Positions 16,679-27,012 of a stretch of DNA of 64,000 nt are shown here, in pieces. Position 1 is the first letter of the stretch, and the number at the start of each line of letters is the position of its first letter. Source of the stretch: a virus; IMG/VR virus record IMGVR_UViG_3300027747_004417; one strand, written 5' to 3'. Under the pieces are notes generated by a model. The model saw nothing but the letters and a program-made list of their open reading frames with translations, was not told the origin of the DNA and made no database searches. Made by a program: the position numbers and the translations under genes.

Positions 16679-19666
16679 ATGTCTTTGATTTCTTTTGGTA
16701 CTTTTAGAGAGATGGCTGCTCCGAGCATTACTGCTCTTAGACGTGGTACAAAATCCATTCCTCTTGAACTTAACTACGGAGATCGCCCTCGCCGTCCTCA
16801 CATGCCAGACGACAGATTAGATAGAGAGTTTTTAAGTCAGTTTGAGCTCAAGGAATACACAGGAGCCTGGACAGAAAGACTTAAGTACTTCATGACAGAG
16901 ATAAACCCTAAATTGCAATCTATTCTAGAAGACGAAATAAACAAGCTTGGTGTTAGAGAATCTCTAGCCATGTATCTAAGCACAGGAAGAGAATCAAAAG
17001 GGTTAGCTCCTATCCCACCCAAGGTTAAAGAACATGTTAAAGAAAACTACGGAGAAATAGAAGGACAGGGTATAAATGTTCCTGTACCAAGTACCGACGA
17101 TGTTGAGGGACTTAGAAAAAAGATATATGACGCCTTAAGTGATTTAAAGCACAAGTCCTCTTCCGACACAATGCCTTTAGGACTAAGTCCAGAAGACGTT
17201 CAAAACATACATAGCGTTTTAGGCGAATTAGATAAGAAAGAATACGACCGCACTGCCGTGGTGAAGAAGCTTCAAGAAATATACAAGAAACTCTACCGTA
17301 TTGTTTTCCTAGAAGAACATGCTCATAGCATACTTTATGAAATAGTCAAAGAAAACGTAGACAGCAGAGAGTTTTGGAAGAAGCACGGATTAGACCCAGA
17401 GACTATCACAGTCCCAATCCCAGTTTCTGGTTCTAAGGGAGAAGGCAGAACAGGCGATAAGGCACGCCGCACTTTTAAACCTTATTTCTTTGAATTGTAC
17501 CACAAACTTGAAAGAGAACCAGGAAAGGAACATATTCCTGAGCTAAAGGGCAAAATCGGGCCAGGCTTGGGATATGATCTTAAGTCTCCAAAATCGGAGC
17601 TTGAGGACGATGGCACTCCAAGGTTCACTACTCATGGATCTAACTTTGCTTTAAGATACAATAAAACAGACGATTTCTTTGTAAGATGGATACAAGATAA
17701 TTCCTACGGTCTTCATGGTCCAATCTCTAGAGAGTTGTCTTCGCCTGATTCTGACGTAGTTTTCATGAGCTCCACTCGCTCCTCTAGCGGTAAGAAGCTA
17801 TTCGAAGATCCTCTTTATGATTGGTTGTTTGACGACTTGGTTTCTAAAATAAAAATACATCTTAAGAAAGAAAAAACAGACTCAGGAGAGCAAATAAGAC
17901 AATCAGATTGCTACAAAAAAGACAAAAAAGGTAATTCTGTAATGTTGAGTCCGGATGCTTGTGCCAAAAGAATTGCAGAAAAAATTCTTAAAAAGTTTAT
18001 CAAGCAAGGAGGTTTAGTTGCTCCAGCGTTTCCTTGTGAAGGTAATAAAAAACATGGCATTCCTTGCCCTACTGTTGAGGACAGAACTTATAAGGTTGAT
18101 TCTAAAGGCGAAATAATAACACCGCCTTTGTACATTCCTCATGAAGTTGTAGTAGACCCAAAAACTAACCGAAAGAAATTTGTTCCACTCCTTAGGCCTC
18201 ACTTTCCTTTAAAGCCAATAGATCCTCAAAAGTTTGCAAAAGACTATGAGGCATCTATCGAGCGTATATCAAGTAACTTTGAAGATGGAACCTTTAAACA
18301 CTCTCTAGAGCTCCAAGGCTTGGATGACACAGATGCAACTGACGATGATGATAAAGATCATGATATTGTTAAGAGCATGTTGGATGACGATGGCAAATTA
18401 AGACTAAACATCCCAGCGACAATGCCCTTTGACATAGAAGGCTCAGATGCTGGAAATAGAGGGGGAGATACATCTATTCCTGGAATGAGACTCGGACAGG
18501 TTTATAATCTGGCCGGAGCTAGGTCTTCTATATTTCCTGAAAACCCTCGCGGAAGAGAGGTAGTAACTAAGTATCTACAAAGAGCAGGAACTGGGGCGTA
18601 TAGCAATATGGTCCCTGCTTTTGCACATGGAATAAACGCTTGCACAGGCAGCGGAAAGTGTGGTGGTGCCAACAAGAACCTAAAAATGTGCCTGCGAGCA
18701 GCATTCCCTGTTGTGCATGAAATAATTTATAGAAGTGCTTTAGCTTCTCTCGCCGATATAAAGGCTAGCGGAGAAGCTGACGAACTGCTTTCACAAGAAA
18801 GCGGCAAGGTAGAAGATCGAAATATGGCAGGGTTTGCATTCAATATAGTTTCTACTATAGCACAACACCCAGAAAAATATTACATTGACTTAGACGACGC
18901 TAAAGAAGTTTTGCAAAGAAGAGGTATAACAATAAAGGACAACTTTAAAGGATATACTAGAAGAAGTGGATATAAAGGCAATGTAGCAGACGTAGAAGAC
19001 GGCCCAGGAGGAGATATAGATTCTGATGTTGGCTATATTTCTTCTGGAGAAGATGATCTTCCAAAGCAGAGAGGTGCTAGATCGAAAAAAGCCGGTATTT
19101 CATCCCAAGAAGTTTTTCTTCATACTAATGCGACTAGGGCTGAAATTGAGCAAATTTTGAACATGGCATTGTCAGCCCAGAGAGCGGCTGAAGGTGGTTC
19201 TAATATTCCAAGAGACCTTAGTAGCCTCTCCTCAGAAGAGTTGGGCGGTATTATAAAAGACATATTTGTAAAAACTTATGAAGACAAGGATAAGTTCTTA
19301 AAAGATGTTGAGACTTATCTTAGAAGTAAAGCTGTACCATCAGATGAAGTAATAAGTTTAATGTCAAACTGGCGTGATTCATCTATAGAAGAAATAGTAG
19401 ATGCATTAAGAAAGATGTACGACGCACCAAAGGCGGTAAAGAAACCTGCTGCTGCACCATCTTTTGCCAGGCCTAAAGCCCCTGTCACATCTCCTGGTCT
19501 TTTGAGCAGGGTTCGTGCGGCTAGAAAAGAAGATCAACCCGCTCAGGTGCCCCAATCCGTTCCTCCAACCGGAACGCAGCCAGAAACTACGGTCGATTGG
19601 CACTTTTTAAAACAACTTCCTTTAAGTGAACGGGCAAACTACTTGAGAGAAAAACTTAGTCGCTAG
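16679..19666 (+). CDS. large hypothetical protein (995 aa)
   Basis: Long uninterrupted ORF, GGGGAA RBS; no family recognised. Confidence 0.85.
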   Translation: MSLISFGTFREMAAPSITALRRGTKSIPLELNYGDRPRRPHMPDDRLDREFLSQFELKEYTGAWTERLKYFMTEINPKLQSILEDEINKLGVRESLAMYLSTGRESKGLAPIPPKVKEHVKENYGEIEGQGINVPVPSTDDVEGLRKKIYDALSDLKHKSSSDTMPLGLSPEDVQNIHSVLGELDKKEYDRTAVVKKLQEIYKKLYRIVFLEEHAHSILYEIVKENVDSREFWKKHGLDPETITVPIPVSGSKGEGRTGDKARRTFKPYFFELYHKLEREPGKEHIPELKGKIGPGLGYDLKSPKSELEDDGTPRFTTHGSNFALRYNKTDDFFVRWIQDNSYGLHGPISRELSSPDSDVVFMSSTRSSSGKKLFEDPLYDWLFDDLVSKIKIHLKKEKTDSGEQIRQSDCYKKDKKGNSVMLSPDACAKRIAEKILKKFIKQGGLVAPAFPCEGNKKHGIPCPTVEDRTYKVDSKGEIITPPLYIPHEVVVDPKTNRKKFVPLLRPHFPLKPIDPQKFAKDYEASIERISSNFEDGTFKHSLELQGLDDTDATDDDDKDHDIVKSMLDDDGKLRLNIPATMPFDIEGSDAGNRGGDTSIPGMRLGQVYNLAGARSSIFPENPRGREVVTKYLQRAGTGAYSNMVPAFAHGINACTGSGKCGGANKNLKMCLRAAFPVVHEIIYRSALASLADIKASGEADELLSQESGKVEDRNMAGFAFNIVSTIAQHPEKYYIDLDDAKEVLQRRGITIKDNFKGYTRRSGYKGNVADVEDGPGGDIDSDVGYISSGEDDLPKQRGARSKKAGISSQEVFLHTNATRAEIEQILNMALSAQRAAEGGSNIPRDLSSLSSEELGGIIKDIFVKTYEDKDKFLKDVETYLRSKAVPSDEVISLMSNWRDSSIEEIVDALRKMYDAPKAVKKPAAAPSFARPKAPVTSPGLLSRVRAARKEDQPAQVPQSVPPTGTQPETTVDWHFLKQLPLSERANYLREKLSR

Positions 19667-19865
19667 ATTTTAAGCTAATGCTTGTAATTTCTATACCACG
19701 CATTTCTTTGCTAGGCACTCCATAGGGCCAATTGGCGTTTTCTTCCCACCAATTTCTCACTTGGATTTTTAGCCTATTAAAAAGCTCCGTGTCTGTTGGA
19801 GGTTTGTTGCCTCCATTCATTTCGCCCTCTACTAGAAGGGTAATTTCCATCTTAAAATTACTCAT
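19656..19865 (-). CDS. hypothetical protein
   Basis: 69 aa, overlaps upstream stop. Confidence 0.55.
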   Translation of the reverse strand: MSNFKMEITLLVEGEMNGGNKPPTDTELFNRLKIQVRNWWEENANWPYGVPSKEMRGIEITSISLKSSD

Positions 19866-20277
19866 TTTTTTGTACCATAGCTTTTGCCTGCTCTGATAAC
19901 TTGGCCATGGTCTCAGGATCTAAAAATTTTATTTCTTGGTTATTTGATATATCGACCGGAATCACACCAGACTTCTTTTCTGGTTTTGATTTTATCTCTT
20001 CCATGATTTTTTCGTATCTTGGATCGCTTTCTTCTATAACTTGTTCTTGAAATATCGCTACAACATAGTTCCATGAGTAAAAGTTTATGCATCCTGTTAA
20101 AGGATGTTTTGAGAATATTCCATCTTCGTCAATGCTGTCTATTACTCCAACAAAAAAGTCTGGAAATTGAACGTCTGTAAAGTTTTGCTTACACACAGAG
20201 GTCGTCAATACTGTGCAAACCTTACCTACAAAGAGTTGAAGTTTTTTGATGTTTTGTGCTTTCATTTTTATCTCCAT
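19858..20277 (-). CDS. hypothetical protein (Sm/SH3-like beta fold possible)
   Basis: FVGKVCTVLT...FVGVIDSIDEDGIF pattern. Confidence 0.65.
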   Translation of the reverse strand: MEIKMKAQNIKKLQLFVGKVCTVLTTSVCKQNFTDVQFPDFFVGVIDSIDEDGIFSKHPLTGCINFYSWNYVVAIFQEQVIEESDPRYEKIMEEIKSKPEKKSGVIPVDISNNQEIKFLDPETMAKLSEQAKAMVQKNE

Positions 20278-21332
20278 ATGTCGCTAAAACCAAATACGTC
20301 GCAAGTTGTTCCGTTGGGTCCTGAGTAATCTATTTTTCTTTGATTCTTTATTATGTAATGGTGTAAAAGTTCTGGACTATTCTTGACCAAAAACTCATTC
20401 CAGTCATTATAGCTATTTGGTGGAGTTACAAACATGAGTTTGTCTCCTGTTCCACTCTTTACGGTTTCCATGGATGAAATTATGGAGCTCATTTTCATTG
20501 TGCCTGCTTTTCCTGCTTTGTCTCTATCTAAACACAAAACCACTTTATAGTCAGACAACATGATGGCTTGTTTTCTGCTCATGTTCTTTCCACCACAAGC
20601 TGCACCATTTAGTTCTGCAAGAAGCAAGCTTTTTGCATTAAACTCGCCTTCACAAACATAGACTGTTTCTCCCGGATTAGGCCACCGGCCAGCCATATAT
20701 ATTACATCTTCTTTGCCAACCCCAACCTCTTTTGGTGGGCCTAGGTACTTGCACTTAGATTCTCCTAACGCTCGACCATTCCAATAAATCAAGTTGCCAT
20801 TTTTGTCGTAATACGGTATTAAAATCCTATTTTTATATCTGTCTCCTGTGCAAATGTATAGCCCATCAATTGGTATTTTTCTGTTCTCTAAATATGATTC
20901 TGCTCTTTGTCTCCACCAATTGTTTGTTCCTAGATCGCTTATTAAGTGGCACTCTGGTGGCAAGCTAAGATTTACTGCTTTAGCTTCCTGCTTTTCACCC
21001 TCGTCAGAATTTTGAAATATTTCTTCTAGCTTTTTTTCAAGCTCCCTAATTGGTGTTCTTCCGTTAATTATATCGACAGCGTCTTCTTTGTCGCAGTTGT
21101 CTACTATCTGTACAAGTTTTACCAAGCTCCCTTTTTTATCCGTCTTGAAGCAATGAAATACACCATATTTATATTTCTTTTTTCCGCCACCTGGATTACA
21201 CCAAAGATGAAAACCAGTGTCGTCTGATTCAAAAATGGAGTTTACTCGTACCTCTTTTCCTTTAATGAGGACATTATCTTCTCCAAATCTTGAGATGGCC
21301 CAACGCTCAAATTTTTTAAAGTCTACAGCCAT
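20268..21332 (-). CDS. DNA primase (DnaG/T4 gp61-like, TOPRIM)
   Basis: N-terminal Zn site (HLWC...FHCFK), RILIPYYD..GNLIYWNGR, YVCEGEFNA, VLCLDRDKAG. Confidence 0.85.
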   Translation of the reverse strand: MAVDFKKFERWAISRFGEDNVLIKGKEVRVNSIFESDDTGFHLWCNPGGGKKKYKYGVFHCFKTDKKGSLVKLVQIVDNCDKEDAVDIINGRTPIRELEKKLEEIFQNSDEGEKQEAKAVNLSLPPECHLISDLGTNNWWRQRAESYLENRKIPIDGLYICTGDRYKNRILIPYYDKNGNLIYWNGRALGESKCKYLGPPKEVGVGKEDVIYMAGRWPNPGETVYVCEGEFNAKSLLLAELNGAACGGKNMSRKQAIMLSDYKVVLCLDRDKAGKAGTMKMSSIISSMETVKSGTGDKLMFVTPPNSYNDWNEFLVKNSPELLHHYIIKNQRKIDYSGPNGTTCDVFGFSDIWR

Positions 21333-21402
21333 GGTTCTTGAATGTGGGCTAAATTTGTTCTAGAATATAATAGCAAACAATCTAACCCAAGGCAACAACA
21401 CT

Positions 21403-22179
21403 ATGGTAGACGACCGTTTGATTTGTGAACATATTTCTGTTTCTAGAAAGCAGACCTGGAGTGACTGCCAAGCAAAATATAGATTCAAATACCATTTAAA
21501 GGTTCCTTCCGAGGAGCCAATACAGCCCTATTTCATTTATGGAAAACTAGTTCATAAAATAGCTGAAGTCTACGTGCAAGAAAAGGGAAAAAAGAACATA
21601 GAGGAAATAGCCAGGCAGTGTTTAAACGGTGAAATTGAAGTTGAGCCTGGGTGCAAAGAAATAATTGTTGAAAAAGAATACCTTAAAAAGCTACCGTCTC
21701 ATTTGAGGAACATCCAATCTTTAAATGATCGTATTGGATATGACGGCAAATTAGAATATTTTTTTCATTTTGATTTAGACCCTCCTAACAACCACTTTTT
21801 AACTGGTGTGATTGATAGACTGATAATTAGAGGAGATAAGTTCTTTATAATCGACTATAAGACTACAAAGAAAGGAAGATGGCGTAAGAATCAGAATACA
21901 ATAAGGAAAGATTTGCAGCTAAGGTGCTATGCAAAGGTTGCTCAAGTAGAATTTGGAGCTAAGGCGGAGAATATACGAGCAGCTCTCTATTATCTAGACG
22001 GCCCAGACTTAGTTGCAACAAAATTCACACAAGAGTCTTTAGATTCTGCCCAACAAGAGTTGCATGAAACTTTCAAAGAAATAGTATCAACAGACCCTAA
22101 TGATGTCTACGGCAGAGTTGGCGACCAATGCCGTAGATGCGAATATAGGAAAATCTGTCCGTTTTATAGCTTAACTTAG
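21403..22179 (+). CDS. PD-(D/E)XK exonuclease, Cas4/RecB/AddB-like with Fe-S cysteines
   Basis: WSDCQAKY, GKLVH, GVIDRL...IIDYKT, QLRCY, CRRCEYRKIC. Confidence 0.88.
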   Translation: MVDDRLICEHISVSRKQTWSDCQAKYRFKYHLKVPSEEPIQPYFIYGKLVHKIAEVYVQEKGKKNIEEIARQCLNGEIEVEPGCKEIIVEKEYLKKLPSHLRNIQSLNDRIGYDGKLEYFFHFDLDPPNNHFLTGVIDRLIIRGDKFFIIDYKTTKKGRWRKNQNTIRKDLQLRCYAKVAQVEFGAKAENIRAALYYLDGPDLVATKFTQESLDSAQQELHETFKEIVSTDPNDVYGRVGDQCRRCEYRKICPFYSLT

Positions 22180-23048
22180 GGTGCAAGAATGTAGTCTTGC
22201 GTAACTTCCTCTTTAGAGTTTTTGTTTACTATGGGTAGAGCTCTTGCTTTGAATCCCAAATGCTTAGACAGTAAAAACTTATAGCCGTTTTGCTTGCCCC
22301 AGAAGCTATGTATTTCTTTTATTGGGGTAAAGTATCCTGTTCCACTTCCATCTACAAACTGGGTTCCCCAACAAGTTCCTATGTAAGAGTTTTCATCAAA
22401 TAGTCCTCCGCCTGACCTCCCTGGTCTCGGACTGTTTTTAATTGTTACAACGTCCTCATTAATATCAGTTAGTTTTACTTCGTAGTGTGCGACTTCTTTT
22501 CCGCCATCGCACCCACATGAATGAGCCGTAGAGCCAATTTTATATTTGTAGTCTGCTGGGGCTAAAGGAATGTACTTTGGATGCCAATCAGGCGAGAAAG
22601 TTACCAGAGAGGTATCTGTTTCATTTGTATAAGAATAGAATATCAGCTCAGCGTCAAATGACTCGGGTTTTTGTAGTTTTACTTCGTTTTTGTACCAAAC
22701 AATTACCTTGCATTTTATTTTTTTATCTTTTGCTTGTTCTGCTGATAATATTCCACTTTTCCACAAGTGCCCACAAGATGCTACATAGGCTTTGTTGTTC
22801 TCTTTGTCATAATAGATTATTGAGCCGGAACCAGCTCCTTCTGAAACTTGTATCTTTACAGAGGCTGATAAGAACTTTCTAAACTCTATCCCTCTTTGTT
22901 CTATTGGTGTGTTTGTTCCATACATTCCTTTTGGCAACGCCTCTAGCACCGGCATGTTGTCTAAAGAATGCCTCATAAAAGGCTCTTTCGCATAGGAATG
23001 CGTGTTTAGTATAAACAATAACAAAAGTATGGCTTTTATTGCTTTCAT
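22176..23048 (-). CDS. secreted trypsin-like serine protease
   Basis: Signal peptide, GSGSII, ASCGHL, D in ETDTSL, PGRSGGGLF. Confidence 0.8.
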   Translation of the reverse strand: MKAIKAILLLLFILNTHSYAKEPFMRHSLDNMPVLEALPKGMYGTNTPIEQRGIEFRKFLSASVKIQVSEGAGSGSIIYYDKENNKAYVASCGHLWKSGILSAEQAKDKKIKCKVIVWYKNEVKLQKPESFDAELIFYSYTNETDTSLVTFSPDWHPKYIPLAPADYKYKIGSTAHSCGCDGGKEVAHYEVKLTDINEDVVTIKNSPRPGRSGGGLFDENSYIGTCWGTQFVDGSGTGYFTPIKEIHSFWGKQNGYKFLLSKHLGFKARALPIVNKNSKEEVTQDYILAP

Positions 23049-23101
23049 TGATAAATCCTTTCTTTTCTTTATAATGTATATATTGACTTGAGGGACAACT
23101 C

Positions 23102-23521
23102 ATGAACACAAGGGATCCAAGGCTTCTTTTAACAATCTCCCACTACATTTATCTAACGAGGGAGCAAAGATATCAAGCCTTTGAGGGCCAAACTTTAGAG
23201 GTTATAGGAGTGAATGTCCCCGTCTGGTTTAAGGGTGGAAGCACAAGCGAACCAGCCAAAGAAGTATTTTGTAAGTACATTATATCTAAAGAATTAGACA
23301 CTTTTGGTCTTTCTACGTTTGAAGAAGGCTATAAAATCAATCTTGGAAACATTCAAAAAGGGGTTGATGTTGGAAAACTTTTGGACTTTAAAGATAAAGG
23401 AGCCCAAGAACTGACTGCTAAAGGGTACGGAAATGTCAACATAGGTGGAAAGCTTTTTAATGCCTTTCACTGCTTAGAAATTAAGCCAATAGAGCTATTG
23501 ATGGATACTCTAGTCAACTAA
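23102..23521 (+). CDS. hypothetical protein
   Basis: 139 aa, GAGGGA RBS. Confidence 0.7.
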   Translation: MNTRDPRLLLTISHYIYLTREQRYQAFEGQTLEVIGVNVPVWFKGGSTSEPAKEVFCKYIISKELDTFGLSTFEEGYKINLGNIQKGVDVGKLLDFKDKGAQELTAKGYGNVNIGGKLFNAFHCLEIKPIELLMDTLVN

Positions 23522-24015
23522 GAGAGTGAAAGTGCCATTCTAAGGTTCACAGAATCTCCACTCGTTAAAGTAACGCTTTGAGATAATGCTGCCGAGGACA
23601 CAAGCACTCCAGAAGATCCTGCTGAGGTTGCTAAGAAGATATTGCTCACAGGTCCCCATGATCCCCCAGATGCAGAAAATGTCATTATTGAACTTGAAGC
23701 TCTATACGAACCGTTTACAAGTTCAACATTAAAACCAGTTAAAGAGGACCTAGCCTGTCTGCTGTATCCATTTGTTGTAGGTTCATCTAATAAGTCCGCT
23801 AGTTCGTCGCTATTAGATATTGCTGCTCTATTGTCTAGGCCAAAGTAGTATTCGTCTGGTGGATATGATCCATTGTTGTTGAAACAACATTTTAAAAGGA
23901 ATTCCTCTCCTTTTAAATGAATTTGGTTATAAATGTTTTCTTGTTTCCATATAACCCTAGATCCTCTTATGTGTTCGACGCTTAGCAGTTTTAGTATCCC
24001 ATTCCAGTTCTTCAT
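23518..24015 (-). CDS. virion structural protein (tail-fibre-associated type)
   Basis: GYSRQ...TFSASGGSWGPVSNIFLAT...SVTLTSGDSVNL resembles phage tail-associated beta proteins. Confidence 0.55.
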   Translation of the reverse strand: MKNWNGILKLLSVEHIRGSRVIWKQENIYNQIHLKGEEFLLKCCFNNNGSYPPDEYYFGLDNRAAISNSDELADLLDEPTTNGYSRQARSSLTGFNVELVNGSYRASSSIMTFSASGGSWGPVSNIFLATSAGSSGVLVSSAALSQSVTLTSGDSVNLRMALSLS

Positions 24016-24215
24016 TGGCCCCTCTCTGAATCTATTCTTAAGGCCTTTCTTTCTTCGCTTTTTGCGGATCTTTTTTCTCTTCTATTTTCTATAGACTCAA
24101 TTTTAGTTATAGCTAAGTTTATATAACGTTTTACCTCAAAAAGAGCAAAGTCATTAGGTACTTTCTTTAGGGCCTTCTTGAGAGCTTCCTTTAGTTCTTC
24201 TGTGTTGTCTTTCAT
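24012..24215 (-). CDS. small coiled-coil protein
   Basis: 67 aa, coupled stops/starts. Confidence 0.6.
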   Translation of the reverse strand: MKDNTEELKEALKKALKKVPNDFALFEVKRYINLAITKIESIENRREKRSAKSEERKALRIDSERGQ

Positions 24216-25090
24216 ATTTTTTCTATAAACCTTATTTGAGCTTCCTTTGATCCAACAATGTATATTTCTTCTATTTTAAGTAGGTTATTTTCTTCTATTT
24301 TGATTTTCCATCTACTTTTATCTTCCTTAACGCTACTTAATATAGTTCCTTCGGGCAAATAACACCTTTGTCCTAGGACCATTTCTTTTTTCTTGCATTC
24401 TAAAAGCTTGTTGTTTTGGTAAGAAGAGTCTACATAGAAAGTTGATATTTTTTTGTTATTGTTATATTCTTTTAATGCTTTAATCAATGCTTCGCAAGCT
24501 TCGGAGTATTTAGAATCTAGCACTTTTCCTGAAAGATCTTCAATGGAAACTATGATGCTTTTTTCCCCTTCTACATAAACAAGAACCTCTTCAATACCAA
24601 TCCCCTCTGTTAAAACTGCTTCCAATTTTATGTCATAATTTCTCCATCGTATTTTCTTTGCGACGGATTCTATCTTACTTGCTAGTCCCTTTATTTTATT
24701 CTTATAGTGCTCCTCATGAGCGTCTATTGATTGGCCTATATCGTCTTCGCTCGCAGGAACGTAATAACCTGCTTCTAGGTTTTCCATTAAGTTTATGAGT
24801 TTTTTGCATTTTGGATCTTTTTTAGATTCGTTCCAATCCTTCAATTTTTCTAGCTGCTTGCTTATGCTCACCGGATTATCTGCCGCTATTGATATTCTTA
24901 CTATTTCTTCATGTGGATAAGACACTTCTTTGAGTAGAGAGGTTATCTCTTCTTTGCAAACGATATCCTTCAGGTTAACACCTTCATTTATTTTTTTGTT
25001 TATTTGCTTCCAAAGGTGGTTCTTGTATACTTCTAAGCATACTTCCACCTTCATCTGTTCTTTGTAATTTATATATTTTTGATATGACAT
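24212..25090 (-). CDS. hypothetical protein
   Basis: 292-aa ORF downstream of terminase. Confidence 0.7.
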   Translation of the reverse strand: MSYQKYINYKEQMKVEVCLEVYKNHLWKQINKKINEGVNLKDIVCKEEITSLLKEVSYPHEEIVRISIAADNPVSISKQLEKLKDWNESKKDPKCKKLINLMENLEAGYYVPASEDDIGQSIDAHEEHYKNKIKGLASKIESVAKKIRWRNYDIKLEAVLTEGIGIEEVLVYVEGEKSIIVSIEDLSGKVLDSKYSEACEALIKALKEYNNNKKISTFYVDSSYQNNKLLECKKKEMVLGQRCYLPEGTILSSVKEDKSRWKIKIEENNLLKIEEIYIVGSKEAQIRFIEKI

Positions 25091-25106
25091 GGCTATTTAA
25101 TTAAGT

Positions 25107-26936
25107 TTACCAACCAAATTCTTTTATTATATTGTCGTTTTTTCTTTGAAATTGCGATATTGGGGTGTACGTAGAGTCCATTTCTGGTGCTAAAATATCT
25201 ATTTCTTCCTCGTCAAAACCCTCTACTTTGCATTCTTCGATTTCTTTTTTTATTTCTTCATAAATCTGTGATTTAATCAAATTTATGTTTTCTTTGGGCA
25301 CCTCGGCACCCAATGGTATATCTCTTGATATAGACTCCCTTGCGTATAAAGCTATCGAAATAGCCATTATAGCGTCGTCGTGCTTCCCTTTTTGTGCTTG
25401 GGCCTTTTTCGTCACAGGATTGTATTCAAAAGTCTGTAACTCTGAAACAAGCCTAATACTATTTATTAGAATAGACTTGTTAATTACTTTATTCTGTAAA
25501 CACTCTAGAATTAAGGGCCTATTTGTTTGCCCCACCTTAATACCAGGTTTTGTTGAAGAATTGACCTTGTTGGTGTCGTAATAAAGGTTTTCATAGTATA
25601 AGTTGTGCTGAAGGCTGCTTGCTACTGCTCCACCTGGCCCCATACTCTCTATTACAACCAAAGCATTGTTGTAAAAAGTTCCTACTTCATTGATAACCTG
25701 AGAGAACTCGTGAGGCAATATTACATTTGAATAAAATTCTGCAACTTGTTCTAGAGTTGAGGAATCGATTACTTGAAAACATGAATTGTCATTATTTTCT
25801 CCTTGTCCCTCAGCACAGTCCACTCCTATTATGTATTCGTGCCCCTCTATCGGTTCCTTCCACATCCACATGGACCCTTTTGAAAATTCTCCTTCTAGTT
25901 GCGATGCTCTTCCTGTGGTGTTCGTCCATTTAGGAAATAACTTTTTACTTGGGTAGTTGTTGCTCGTTTGCTCTGTTAGTTCGGTTATAATTTTTGAAGG
26001 AAAGTAAGTCTCACCGGAACCTAGAAACTCTCTTAGAACTTCTTGTAGGAAACCTTTCTCTCCGAGCTGGGCTTTTTGCTCTGCAACCCATTGCTCGTTG
26101 TTGTAGTCAGGATGCTCCCAGTAGTCTAAATCTATAACATGGAACTTGTTCTTTCCATCCTTAGCGTCCCTATAACTTTGCTCATACCAATTTCCTAATC
26201 CATTGACCGTTGATATTAAAGTACATGAACCACCGGTAGAAAGAACAGGCCATATAGCTTTCCAATGCTTTTCCATGTCATCAATAAACGCTGCTTCGTC
26301 TATTATCAAGAATGTAACTGCTTTACCACGAGCAGCTTCTGGCGAGTAAAACTTGATAGCAGAACCAGTGTCTGTGAACATTTTTAAGTGATCATTCCAT
26401 TTGCCTTCTTTTTTAGGCTTTAGCCAAGAAGGTAAATTCTCACAAGCTCTGTCTATTATCAACCCAGTGTCAGTAGCTTCTCTGTCTGTCTTTGATAGAA
26501 GCATGACTTGCTGGTCCATCTGAAACATGCATTTCCATAGACCCCACAATAAAGTTACTGTTGTCAAACCACCCTGTCTAAACTTGCTAATTATATTGAA
26601 TCTATTGCTTTCATAGTCTTTGATTACTTTCTTTTGATATTTGAAGAGCACAAATGGAATCAACCCTTTCATGGGATGCAATATTCGAATATATTTGTGA
26701 CAAAAGTAAGGAAAAGAATTGCAACATTTTATTATTTCTTTTTGCTGCCTCTGGCTGTCATAAGCTTCAACATCATCCAAAGTCTCAGAGGGATCTATTT
26801 CTAATTCATATTTATCAAGTTGGTAGTACTTGGGATCATACTGAAACCTCCCAGTTTCTTCTTCGAACAAGCCGCCTTGCTCATAGAATTCTTTTAGGCT
26901 TTTGTGCGTTTTCAGCCAGAATTTTTCTTTAGACAT
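25107..26936 (-). CDS. gp17: terminase large subunit (T4 gp17-like)
   Basis: FKYQ, IISKFRQGGLTT (Walker A), FLIIDEAAFI (Walker B), ISTVNG, IGVDCAEG, HDDAIMA. Confidence 0.95.
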   Translation of the reverse strand: MSKEKFWLKTHKSLKEFYEQGGLFEEETGRFQYDPKYYQLDKYELEIDPSETLDDVEAYDSQRQQKEIIKCCNSFPYFCHKYIRILHPMKGLIPFVLFKYQKKVIKDYESNRFNIISKFRQGGLTTVTLLWGLWKCMFQMDQQVMLLSKTDREATDTGLIIDRACENLPSWLKPKKEGKWNDHLKMFTDTGSAIKFYSPEAARGKAVTFLIIDEAAFIDDMEKHWKAIWPVLSTGGSCTLISTVNGLGNWYEQSYRDAKDGKNKFHVIDLDYWEHPDYNNEQWVAEQKAQLGEKGFLQEVLREFLGSGETYFPSKIITELTEQTSNNYPSKKLFPKWTNTTGRASQLEGEFSKGSMWMWKEPIEGHEYIIGVDCAEGQGENNDNSCFQVIDSSTLEQVAEFYSNVILPHEFSQVINEVGTFYNNALVVIESMGPGGAVASSLQHNLYYENLYYDTNKVNSSTKPGIKVGQTNRPLILECLQNKVINKSILINSIRLVSELQTFEYNPVTKKAQAQKGKHDDAIMAISIALYARESISRDIPLGAEVPKENINLIKSQIYEEIKKEIEECKVEGFDEEEIDILAPEMDSTYTPISQFQRKNDNIIKEFGW

Positions 26937-27012
26937 CTTTACCTTGTTTCTTCTCTGCCTATTGGTTATAATAATACAACCTCTTTATTTATCAAAAAAT
27001 GAGTAAATTAAA

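Noticed and set aside
16637-16801. Extended N-terminus of the neck ORF in the track
   Set aside because: Overlaps the divergent 16679 gene and the promoter region; ATG 16636 is the plausible start
21403-22179. CRISPR-Cas locus around the Cas4-like gene
   Set aside because: No repeat-spacer array and no other cas genes seen in the window
25107-26936. Intein in terminase or primase
   Set aside because: No splicing motifs; ATPase and nuclease motifs are normally spaced
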